From: a virus
IMG/VR virus record: IMGVR_UViG_3300025674_000015
Strand: one strand, 5' to 3'
Length of the DNA: 64,000 bases
Shown one piece after another: positions 49,215-57,815 of the stretch. Both the position numbers and the translations under genes were made by a program. Every line of letters starts with the position of its first letter. Position 1 is the first letter of the stretch. A model generated the notes under the pieces. That model had not been told where the DNA came from. It saw only the letters and a program-made list of their open reading frames with translations, and searched no databases.

Positions 49215-50236
49215 AATTAATAATGGAAAATTGGAGAAAGTTTGTTTTAAAAGAAAACGCCGGAGATTGGTATGACTCTGAGGATAACGATTATCCAGCA
49301 GCAAGTCCACCTGAGTATGCATCAGGTCTTCAAAGTAAAGAAGTTATTTCTTTGAAGAAGGGTGATGTATATAAAAAGGAAGGCAACACGCATGGCTTGA
49401 CTAGTCATAATATTAAACATTTAATGGAAATAAACCAAGATGTTGTGTATACACATATCAATGCAGCGATTGAGCATATTAAAGACGAAGGTATGCCAGT
49501 TTATAAGTCAGAGGCTAATGGTGCCAGCACTACTAAAGAAATCAATCCGGACCAAATCACAAGGGGTCAAGTGTTAAACATGTTTGATTTGATCAACGAT
49601 AAGATGTTTCAGGGTCCTAACTTGAGCCCAGAAGAGGAAACTATTTTTAAAAACTTTATCGAACCAATGAATAAGGTCTACCATAATCAAATACTTTTTA
49701 CAATTGTACGCAAAGCCCAAGACATTTCTGACAAAAAAGTCGACTCTTACGATGATTTGAAAAAGATTCTAGAAGAAAGGCCAACTGTAAAAGTAAAGGG
49801 GACTTATTCAGGGAGAGATAACACTTATTATGTAAATACACAGAATTCAGTGGTGGTGTCACAATTGCAAAGCGGCAAATATGCAACACTCTTCAAGTCA
49901 GTTAAAAGAAAAGATGACAAAATCTCTTTACAACAAGCGATTAAACAGTTTGGAACTAATAAAGGTAGTCAAGCAACTGACGAATATAGTCTTTTTAGGC
50001 AATATGTTGATCAATTGAATGCTGCTGTACAGCCACAACCGAAAAAGAAAAAGAAACAACAAAACAATCAAGGCAAGCTCAGTGTAATGGACTTTGCTAT
50101 GGAAAAGCTTAAAATAGGTCTGCCGGAAGAAAAAGTAGTCGAAATCATAATGAAAGCGCATAACAAGCCAGAACACGCCGCGAAAGGGATCGTTGCTGGC
50201 GCTAAAAAAAGAATGAAAACTCAAGAAGGACAATAA
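49211..50236 (+). CDS. Leader-bearing hypothetical protein
   Basis: MKLIMENWRKFVLKE leader; HGLTSHNIKH His cluster. Confidence 0.75.
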   Translation: MKLIMENWRKFVLKENAGDWYDSEDNDYPAASPPEYASGLQSKEVISLKKGDVYKKEGNTHGLTSHNIKHLMEINQDVVYTHINAAIEHIKDEGMPVYKSEANGASTTKEINPDQITRGQVLNMFDLINDKMFQGPNLSPEEETIFKNFIEPMNKVYHNQILFTIVRKAQDISDKKVDSYDDLKKILEERPTVKVKGTYSGRDNTYYVNTQNSVVVSQLQSGKYATLFKSVKRKDDKISLQQAIKQFGTNKGSQATDEYSLFRQYVDQLNAAVQPQPKKKKKQQNNQGKLSVMDFAMEKLKIGLPEEKVVEIIMKAHNKPEHAAKGIVAGAKKRMKTQEGQ

Positions 50237-50238
50237 TT

Positions 50239-52071
50239 ATGAAATTAATCATGGAAAACTTTCGTAAAGCAATGAAAGAATTCAAAGAAAGAGAAGCCGG
50301 CGTTATGTCGTATGATTCTTCTTTGGGCGGTTTTCGAGCTTCAGCAGAAGACATCTCAAAAATTAACGCTGCAATTGAAAAGATTTATACTGCTTTTGCA
50401 AAACTTACCGGCGGAGATATTGTTGACATTCCAACGTTGAATCCCGAAGCTTTATCTTCGGGTCAAGAAACTTTATCAGAAAATGTCGAGCTAGATCAAA
50501 AGTGGTCTGAATTGGAAGGGAAATTCTCTGAAGAACAGAAGAGAAACCTTTTCCTTCGATTTAAAGTCAATTCATGGGAAGAGCTGTCTGATGCGCAAAA
50601 AGAATTGGTGTTGGATCGATACAAATACTTTACTCCGGATAATCAACTTAAGCAGAAAATCGGAGCAGTCAGAGGCGTAGAAAAAGGTCTGGGAGGTATG
50701 ACTCCGGAAGATTTTGAAAAAGGGGAGTATGTTATTCCGGTTTCTAAAGAAGTTCTAGATGATTTTCAAACCATGGTTAATGAACTGAAAGAAGGCGGTG
50801 AAGTCGATAGCCTCTTTGAAAAGGCTAGAGATTGGTATCATAAAATTAGAGATCTCCTCGATGAAGAGACTGGAAACGATCAAGACGCTACTTTGCTTGG
50901 TCTTCTTATTGCGACATATAGCCCCAGAGCAAAATTTGCCTTGAACTTAGCTGAAGCTGCTTTTATGTTTAAAGCAGTTGAAATGGACGCAAAAGACAAC
51001 AAAGAACTTTTGAGAGAATATATTAACATCTTTCCGGGCGGTAAAAAGAAAGAACAGGGAGAGTTTCGAGGGTTTACGAACGCACACAAAGTTCCAAACT
51101 TTACTCTAAACCTGATCGCTCCAGATTTGGCCGGAGGCCGTGATGAGCAAGGAAGAATCAACTACAAAGAGCTTTACATGTGGAACTCTACAATCGACAC
51201 TTGGATGATTGATGCTTTTTATCCAAATGTCAAAGGTGTCACAACAGCAAAAGAATGGGAAACAATCAAAGGCAAGATGATGGGCAATGTTGTTAATTAT
51301 CGATACATGGCCGGACTAGTCGCACAGGAAGCGAAAAAGCTGGGTCTCTTACCTCACGAACTTCAAGCTATTGTATGGGTTGCTTCTCAAATCAGAAAGA
51401 CTGGAGAGAAAGGCCTTGGTGTTACTACTGAATTTGCAATCAACCAAATTAAACAATCCATTGTCAACCTAGAGAAGATTAAACAACAATTCAATGAAGA
51501 GGAAAGGATTAACAAGAAATTGGTCGGCCCTTATCTTGAAGAGTTGGATATGGACAAAGAATATACAGAACAGTTTGGAGATCAAAGCTGGCTTAAAGTT
51601 ATTTTGGATAAAATTGAATCAGATGGTTTTGATGTTGCTGCTGATTATATCTTGGGAATTAAAAAGGAAAAGAGTACTGTTGTTCCCGGTGTGCGCTCTA
51701 TCACAGCCTCCGGCCCGAAAGGGGAAGTTGATGCCGGCTTTCCCAATCCACCTCCCAAACCAAAAGCAGAAAAGGGAGCAAAAAAGAAAGATAAAAAAGA
51801 GAAAGTGGAGAAGCCACTTGAAGAATATCAAAATGCAGATAAATACGGAGAACTTAAAACATTTGAAGTCATGAATAATGTTATTCAAATGCCGACCGGA
51901 AAGTTCAACAACCTTCACGACTCAATTCTTATGTACTTGAGCGATGACTTCTCTAAAGAAAAGGCTGTTGATTATATTCTGGGCAGGTTCGACCCTCAAG
52001 CAACATCTTCCAAAGATTATTTCATCAAAGAAAGCAAAAGAAGATTTGTTGTAAGGATTTTGAGATCATGA
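50239..52071 (+). CDS. Leader-bearing protein with a putative DNA-glycosylase-fold domain (DUF7178-like)
   Basis: Ordered motifs WY, YSP, N, KVPNFTLNL, TIDTWM, Y, LQAIVWV. Confidence 0.55.
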   Translation: MKLIMENFRKAMKEFKEREAGVMSYDSSLGGFRASAEDISKINAAIEKIYTAFAKLTGGDIVDIPTLNPEALSSGQETLSENVELDQKWSELEGKFSEEQKRNLFLRFKVNSWEELSDAQKELVLDRYKYFTPDNQLKQKIGAVRGVEKGLGGMTPEDFEKGEYVIPVSKEVLDDFQTMVNELKEGGEVDSLFEKARDWYHKIRDLLDEETGNDQDATLLGLLIATYSPRAKFALNLAEAAFMFKAVEMDAKDNKELLREYINIFPGGKKKEQGEFRGFTNAHKVPNFTLNLIAPDLAGGRDEQGRINYKELYMWNSTIDTWMIDAFYPNVKGVTTAKEWETIKGKMMGNVVNYRYMAGLVAQEAKKLGLLPHELQAIVWVASQIRKTGEKGLGVTTEFAINQIKQSIVNLEKIKQQFNEEERINKKLVGPYLEELDMDKEYTEQFGDQSWLKVILDKIESDGFDVAADYILGIKKEKSTVVPGVRSITASGPKGEVDAGFPNPPPKPKAEKGAKKKDKKEKVEKPLEEYQNADKYGELKTFEVMNNVIQMPTGKFNNLHDSILMYLSDDFSKEKAVDYILGRFDPQATSSKDYFIKESKRRFVVRILRS

Positions 52072-52784
52072 AGATGGACGAAAAATATCCTCTTCTACCA
52101 CACGACGAAGAGATTTCAGATTGGCAATGGTGCATTAAAAAAGCAATCATTGATATTCACGCCAAAGCAATGCCTTATAAAAGAGGCACTTGGGGTGGCT
52201 CAACCGAAGATATCTATTACGATAAAAGAAGAATCTTGAGAAAAGGTGAAGGAACCTACTGCGTTGGATGCACTTCTGAAATCTTTTTCCGTGCTTGGAA
52301 GGAATTCACAGGAGATTATCTTGAAACACCAGAAGGCAACTTCACAGGTAAAGAAGCTTGGGAAGTTGCAAGAGCCTTTTTCTTTGCTTATAAAGACGAA
52401 GAGATCGACGGAATGCGAACAGACGAATTTGGAGCAATGGGTTGGTTTAAATGGTTGGCAAATAGGCCAGAACGCTTTGATTGGATTGAAACCTTCACAA
52501 CACATGATCCTTATGAGATCAAATTCGGAGATTGGGTTTCAATGCAGTTTGCAGAAGATTATTCATCCGGTCACGCCACAGTTGGATTGGGATTGGACAA
52601 GTACAAAGGCAATGATGTTGTTAACGTTTATTCTTCAACTACTTATTATGACAAAACTTGGATGAAAGAAAAAGGCGTTGAAAATCCTTATCCAACAGGG
52701 AACGGCTTTGATTATTACCGTTTAAACGTAACAAAGAATGGATTTAAAAGAAAGTTCTTTGTTTCAAGATTAGTTCAAAAATAG
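52068..52784 (+). CDS. Papain-like (NlpC/P60-type) Cys-His hydrolase, candidate endolysin
   Basis: GTYCVGCTSE and SGHATVGLG catalytic-type motifs; upstream of a holin-like gene. Confidence 0.5.
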   Translation: MKMDEKYPLLPHDEEISDWQWCIKKAIIDIHAKAMPYKRGTWGGSTEDIYYDKRRILRKGEGTYCVGCTSEIFFRAWKEFTGDYLETPEGNFTGKEAWEVARAFFFAYKDEEIDGMRTDEFGAMGWFKWLANRPERFDWIETFTTHDPYEIKFGDWVSMQFAEDYSSGHATVGLGLDKYKGNDVVNVYSSTTYYDKTWMKEKGVENPYPTGNGFDYYRLNVTKNGFKRKFFVSRLVQK

Positions 52785-52793
52785 GAGTTTAAC

Positions 52794-53225
52794 ATGCCTT
52801 ACCCTAAAGAAGTCGGCCTTTGGAGTGTCGGAAGCTATCAAGTTGCTGGAAAACCTTTTTTAACATCTTCAACTGCTCCGGCATCTGGTTCCGCAGTAAC
52901 ACCCTTGAAGATTACTTTTCCCTTTGTCACGAAAAAGCTCGTATTGACAAACAATGAACAAACAGCAAACGAAGATATGCGCCTTGCAATGTCTGCTAGA
53001 GGTGTTCGCGATGAAGTTGGAAATTACTTTGTGGTCCACGCAGAGAAAGATGGGAACGGCTATTTGGAGCTTGACATTAAATGCACAGAAGTCCATTTTA
53101 TGTCAGACGGCTCACATACTGCTGACTTCTCTCTTTATGCCGCTTTAACTGCAATTCCCGTTGAAAGAATTACAAATATTAGCCCAGATGGCACAAACTG
53201 GTCTGGCTCTGCGGGAATTGGATAA
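52794..53225 (+). CDS. Small beta-rich virion/decoration-like protein
   Basis: GLWSVGSYQVAGKPF start, two SGS motifs; AGGAG RBS. Confidence 0.55.
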   Translation: MPYPKEVGLWSVGSYQVAGKPFLTSSTAPASGSAVTPLKITFPFVTKKLVLTNNEQTANEDMRLAMSARGVRDEVGNYFVVHAEKDGNGYLELDIKCTEVHFMSDGSHTADFSLYAALTAIPVERITNISPDGTNWSGSAGIG

Positions 53226-53244
53226 ATTAAAATAGGAGTTTAAA

Positions 53245-53556
53245 ATGGCTAGAAAAACAGCTTTTGTTGATAAATATTTATCATCGTTTATTTCAAAAAA
53301 ATTGTTGGTTTGGATTGTCGCAACGGTCGTGTTCTTGACAACTGGTAATCTTAAATCAGGAGATTGGCTTGTAATCTCTGCTATTTACATTGGTGGGCAA
53401 TCTGTTATTGATGCGGTGAAAGCAATGAAAGGTTCGACTAACGTTACAACGAAAGTTGAAACAGCAGTGAAAACAATCTTATCCGACAAAGACAAGAAAG
53501 ATGAGAAAGGAAAAGTTCCCCTTTCTGATACAACAGGCGATACGGTGACAAAATGA
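53245..53556 (+). CDS. Holin-like membrane protein (2 TM segments)
   Basis: SKKLLVWIVATVVFL and WLVISAIYIGG hydrophobic helices; charged C-terminal tail. Confidence 0.6.
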   Translation: MARKTAFVDKYLSSFISKKLLVWIVATVVFLTTGNLKSGDWLVISAIYIGGQSVIDAVKAMKGSTNVTTKVETAVKTILSDKDKKDEKGKVPLSDTTGDTVTK

Positions 53557-53957
53557 GTGAGATTTGGGCAGAGGTTAAAAGAAAGTGGACAGAGTCCAAA
53601 TACTTTATAGCAATTGTTTTTGTTTTCTTGACAGTTGCTATTTTTCTTTTAACCACCAGCGATGGTCAAAAAAGATTAAGACAAATCATAAGGTCTTTGC
53701 AGAAAAGAAGAGAAGATGAATTGTATGAGATCCAAGAAAAGCAAAATCAAAAAGAAAAAGAAAAGAAAGATTTAAAAAAGAAACATGAGAAGATTTTGGA
53801 AGAGATTGGAAAAGAATACAAGATTGGAAAAGAAAACGCCAAGAAAGAATACGACAAGAAAGTTAAAAAGATCTTGAAACAAACAAAGAAAGATCCTTCC
53901 CAATTGTCCAAAAGATTGGCAGACGAATTTGGTCTTGATTACAAGGAGGGGGAATGA
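53553..53957 (+). CDS. i-spanin-like protein (N-terminal TM + coiled coil)
   Basis: YFIAIVFVFLTVAIFLL followed by a K/E coiled coil. Confidence 0.5.
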   Translation: MSEIWAEVKRKWTESKYFIAIVFVFLTVAIFLLTTSDGQKRLRQIIRSLQKRREDELYEIQEKQNQKEKEKKDLKKKHEKILEEIGKEYKIGKENAKKEYDKKVKKILKQTKKDPSQLSKRLADEFGLDYKEGE

Positions 53958-54394
53958 TTACCTTTAAACGCGTTTTAAGCACCATTCTAGCCACTTTCAT
54001 CACAATTTCGCCCTGCTATGCCAATAAGTCCACAAGACTCCAAAAAGGGGCAAAAGCGCCCTTCTCTGGAACGCTCTTGGATGATGAAGCAGTGGCAAAG
54101 ATTTTGGCAAAACAAGATTACTTGAAAAAAAGCTTGAAGCTGGATTGTTCTTATCAAAAACAAAAAGAAAAAGCAAAGCTTCAGTTGAAGATTGATCAAT
54201 GCAAAGTAGATTTCAAAATTGAAAAAGAATTGAGAAAAAACTTAAGAAAGATTGATCAAGAAGAGATCACAAGATTAAGAAAGATTGCAAAGCCGCAAAA
54301 CAATTGGACACCACTTTGGATCACAATTGGCTTTGTCGCAGGAGCAGGTACAACAATTTTAATTCTCTATGGAATACAAGGAATTCAAAAGTGA
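53954..54394 (+). CDS. Signal peptide + coiled coil + C-terminal TM protein (spanin-like partner)
   Basis: N-terminal signal-like RVLSTILATFITISPCYA; C-terminal LWITIGFVAGAGTTILILYG. Confidence 0.5.
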   Translation: MITFKRVLSTILATFITISPCYANKSTRLQKGAKAPFSGTLLDDEAVAKILAKQDYLKKSLKLDCSYQKQKEKAKLQLKIDQCKVDFKIEKELRKNLRKIDQEEITRLRKIAKPQNNWTPLWITIGFVAGAGTTILILYGIQGIQK

Positions 54395-54846
54395 AGATCA
54401 GAAAAGAAACCATTTTCAAGATCATCAAAGAAGAGATCGAAAGAGAGCTTTCAAAAGAAGAAAAGCACAAGATTGTTTCTTTTGATTTTGATGATACTTT
54501 AACCTTTGCTCCGTTTGATCCAGAAGAAGAAGATTTTGTTTACAAAGGGCCTCACAAAGAAATGCTGAATAAGATTAGAGGCTATATTGAAGATCCAGAA
54601 GTTGTCGTTTATATTGTAACAAGCAGAAAGCAAGGTGGCATGGGAGAAGTTAAAGAGTTTGTAGAAAAATATAAATTAAAAGTTGACGGCATTTATTACA
54701 CAGACGGAGATTGGAAAGCCCCAACTTTGAAAGATTTGGGTGTGACTTTGCATCATGACGACGATAGTGAAGAGAATAAAAGAGCAGAAGCAGTAGGAAT
54801 CCAAACAGTTCCAAGTAATCCATATGGTGATTACGGCACATTTTAA
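54391..54846 (+). CDS. HAD-superfamily phosphatase with leader
   Basis: FDFDDTL, VTSR, K and HHDD motifs. Start at GTG 54391 overlaps the upstream TGA. Confidence 0.8.
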   Translation: MKIRKETIFKIIKEEIERELSKEEKHKIVSFDFDDTLTFAPFDPEEEDFVYKGPHKEMLNKIRGYIEDPEVVVYIVTSRKQGGMGEVKEFVEKYKLKVDGIYYTDGDWKAPTLKDLGVTLHHDDDSEENKRAEAVGIQTVPSNPYGDYGTF

Positions 54847-54873
54847 AGCAACAGGCCAATGGAGAAGTTATAG

Positions 54874-55668
54874 ATGAAAAGTCATAATAGCAATATAAAA
54901 ATTAAAAAGAATCTTCTCTTCAAAATTTTGAAAGAAGAAATCAAAAAAGAACTTTTGAAAGAAGGTGTTTTAAGGATTCAAGATTATATTTCAAATGAAA
55001 ATTTGAAATTGATTGAAGATACGTTTCGCAACCTTTTAAATACATATTTAACTTCCGATAGAGAAGAAAGCCTTTATTGGAATGTTGAGAAATTTGAATT
55101 TATAAATGTTGCCGGAGAGGAGGAGGTTGTTGACTTGATGCTTTCCGTTGGTCGGCCACCAAGAGGAATGGAAGGGGCTGTTGCATATCTAGATGCTAGG
55201 CCCAGTATTGGCTATTACCACTTAGCAATGTGTGTGTTAAACAAGGAAGATTATGATATAGAGGACGGTATTGATACCATGATTAATCATGAATTAATTC
55301 ACTTGATAGATTCAAAATATTTTAAACGAAAAGACAGGAAAAAAGCTTACTTAGCTAGGCGAGAAGAAATTTTAGCTTTTTCTAGTCAGATATATAAACA
55401 GGTTGTTGACTTTTTAAATTCGGAAGATGAGCAGGACAAAGATTATTTGAATATTTTGCTTAATCTTTATAAAGATGGTGCGATAAAACAATTACAATTA
55501 TTTAAAGCTATATTAAAGACTAGTCAACAGCTTGGAGCGATAGGCAAAGATCCCAGATTTATAAAATCTATAATGCATCAACACACAATGAAAGATAAGC
55601 AACCTTATTTAAAACATCTTTACAAAAAATTGTGGCCATTGATTCAAAAGAAACTTAAGGAGGTTTAA
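54874..55668 (+). CDS. Zincin-like metallopeptidase with leader
   Basis: INHELIHLID...REEILAF; leader KILKEEIKKELLKE. Confidence 0.65.
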   Translation: MKSHNSNIKIKKNLLFKILKEEIKKELLKEGVLRIQDYISNENLKLIEDTFRNLLNTYLTSDREESLYWNVEKFEFINVAGEEEVVDLMLSVGRPPRGMEGAVAYLDARPSIGYYHLAMCVLNKEDYDIEDGIDTMINHELIHLIDSKYFKRKDRKKAYLARREEILAFSSQIYKQVVDFLNSEDEQDKDYLNILLNLYKDGAIKQLQLFKAILKTSQQLGAIGKDPRFIKSIMHQHTMKDKQPYLKHLYKKLWPLIQKKLKEV

Positions 55669-56039
55669 TGAAAGATCAAAATTATGTTGTAAAAGTAGAA
55701 AAAGCTATTTCAGAAAAATGGGGCTCAGAAGCTATTCAAAACCCAAAAGCAAATTGGGACAAAGAAAAAGAAAAAGAATATCTAGAAGAGTTGAAAAGAC
55801 TTGAAGAAAAGAAGAACTTTGATAACGAGCATGAAATAGAAAAGAACGGGTTTTTAATTAAATCAAATCTAATTAATAAAAAGAAAGACAAAAGAGAATG
55901 TGAAGCATGTGGAATATTTTCTTTTGATAACAAAGATAACCTTTACCTTTCAAAGTTTGGAACTTGTTGGAAATGTTGGATTCAATGGGTTGAAGGAAGA
56001 GAAGAAAGGTGGAAAAAAGGATGGAGACCAAACAAATGA
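55668..56039 (+). CDS. Hypothetical protein with CxxC...CxxC
   Basis: CEAC...CWKC; AGGAGG RBS. Confidence 0.75.
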   Translation: MKDQNYVVKVEKAISEKWGSEAIQNPKANWDKEKEKEYLEELKRLEEKKNFDNEHEIEKNGFLIKSNLINKKKDKRECEACGIFSFDNKDNLYLSKFGTCWKCWIQWVEGREERWKKGWRPNK

Positions 56040-57226
56040 AATTGACAAGAAAAATCTTGAAAGAGATGATTGAAGAAGTGATCAAGGAAGCAGCGCCAAA
56101 CAAAACAGCTAGGAGGAAAGATCCAGCGCAGATGAAGAGGGAAAAGGACTACGCCGCCGCGGTCGCGTCGAAGAACCCTGAGACCTGGGCCAAATCAGAC
56201 CGCCTTGTCGGTGATCTGGCCGTGAAGAATATCCGTGGAATTTCTTTTATCGGCAACCTTATGACCGTCCCAAAGGGCTCCACCGGAATACCGGAAGATT
56301 TAAAAACAAAAATGCTTAATGATTTAAGCGGCTCGAAGATTTTAGAGGCCATGGCGGGGTATAAATTGGTCTACGGAGAGCCGACGGATGAAGTTGAACT
56401 AATTTTTGTTGCTTTATTCCATCTTAACCGCGCTATCAAACAAAGTAAAGGAACAGATATTATATATGGCTTTAACCTTCTGAATTATGGGGGAAATTAT
56501 TTCACAGATGTTTTTAATAAGATTTCAAAAAGAGGTAGAGTGATTCTTTTTGATATTTTAAGAAAAGCCGGGCTTCCTTTGTCTAAAATTGTAAAAGATC
56601 CAAATGTGGCTAAACATCTTTCCCATACTTCACGCAGGAAAACTAGTATTCCACGCAAGAGAGTCAGGAAATCTGCAAGCAGGTACAGAAATAGAGCCTA
56701 CGTCGGAGCAGTTCAAAAAATTGTTAATTTGTTTGTTAAGGCTGGACAAATTGATACTCCACTCTTAACAGTTGACCGGTCTTATGGCCCCAAAACTAGG
56801 ACAGGTGTTAAAGCACTTCAGAGGAAATTGGGAGTTAAGCCCGATCGGTACTTCGGACCGAAAACTGCATGCGCTTTAAGTTCTCTTCTGCAAAGAGAAT
56901 ATACACATGACTCTGAATATCAGACGAAAGATAAGAAATGGCGGTCAGAAAATTGCAAGAGTCCCAGATGGGTTATAACATTAGCCTTTGACACCGCGCT
57001 GGAGGACATGTTGAAACGCAGCAAACAAAAAAAGAAAGCCGGCCCGCCCCCGTTCAACAAGGAAGATGGCAAGGCAAGACAACTTGGTGATCTTTTCGGC
57101 TTCCATGCCGCGCATGGCGTGGATGCGGCAGGACGACCACTTCCCCCGCCACCTCCCAAGGAGAAAGATGCCAAGCGAGCTGATGATCTTCTCGCCCGTC
57201 AACGCGCACAGAAGCAGCGGCGCTGA
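56036..57226 (+). CDS. Leader-bearing protein with a peptidoglycan-binding (PG_binding_1-like) domain
   Basis: VDRSYGPKTRTGVKALQRKLGVKPDRYFGPKT; start at ATG 56036. Confidence 0.7.
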   Translation: MKLTRKILKEMIEEVIKEAAPNKTARRKDPAQMKREKDYAAAVASKNPETWAKSDRLVGDLAVKNIRGISFIGNLMTVPKGSTGIPEDLKTKMLNDLSGSKILEAMAGYKLVYGEPTDEVELIFVALFHLNRAIKQSKGTDIIYGFNLLNYGGNYFTDVFNKISKRGRVILFDILRKAGLPLSKIVKDPNVAKHLSHTSRRKTSIPRKRVRKSASRYRNRAYVGAVQKIVNLFVKAGQIDTPLLTVDRSYGPKTRTGVKALQRKLGVKPDRYFGPKTACALSSLLQREYTHDSEYQTKDKKWRSENCKSPRWVITLAFDTALEDMLKRSKQKKKAGPPPFNKEDGKARQLGDLFGFHAAHGVDAAGRPLPPPPPKEKDAKRADDLLARQRAQKQRR

Positions 57227-57296
57227 TCTCCACGCAGACGGAGAAGGTCTCCACGAATCTGGGTATGGACTTATAACTAAAGGAAATAAAAAAAAC

Positions 57297-57815
57297 ATGC
57301 AAGCAAAAGAACTAGAAATCATCAGAGGAATCGCCCAAGCAGCTTCCATGGGTTACGATGGAGCTTTGGACGATGAAGGAAAGCCAATCAAAATTGGCTT
57401 GAAAAGAGACGAAGGAAATCCCATTGTTGACAGCCGACACATGGATGGCTTCAAAATTTCCTTCAAAGGTCCGGTCCTTTGTTTGAAATATCAAACAGAA
57501 GTAAAACTAAAAGACGTTCATCAAAAAGGATTTGAAAACGAAATCAGATCCACAATGAATTCAATTGCTTCTTTCCTTAAAAAAGAATACAAAAAAGTAA
57601 CAAAGAAAAACCTTAATTTAACTTCAATGGGCGAACCAAAGATTGACATTCAAAGAATTTCAAGTGTTCGTTCTGATCTTCATGCTTTCCAAGAGTTCAA
57701 AATTGGTGGCTTGACAAACACTTTGAAATATGGGCATTTAGAGTCCAAAGAAGAAAACGAAAGAAAGATTGAAGATTCAATCCGCAAATTTCTTGAATTA
57801 GGGAGAAAGAAATGA
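57297..57815 (+). CDS. Hypothetical phage protein (172 aa)
   Basis: ATG 57297 follows AAGGA. The ORF-track extension from 57066 overlaps the previous gene. Confidence 0.75.
   Translation: MQAKELEIIRGIAQAASMGYDGALDDEGKPIKIGLKRDEGNPIVDSRHMDGFKISFKGPVLCLKYQTEVKLKDVHQKGFENEIRSTMNSIASFLKKEYKKVTKKNLNLTSMGEPKIDIQRISSVRSDLHAFQEFKIGGLTNTLKYGHLESKEENERKIEDSIRKFLELGRKK

Noticed and set aside
57227-57280. TGA readthrough giving a protamine-like SPRRRRRSPR tail
   Set aside because: Arg/Pro/Ser richness is typical of off-frame GC-rich sequence, and the -1 frame fits codon bias better. Not fully excluded.
57066-57296. N-terminal extension of the 249-aa ORF
   Set aside because: Overlaps the previous gene in a GC-rich patch where stops are rare; ATG 57297 has the RBS.
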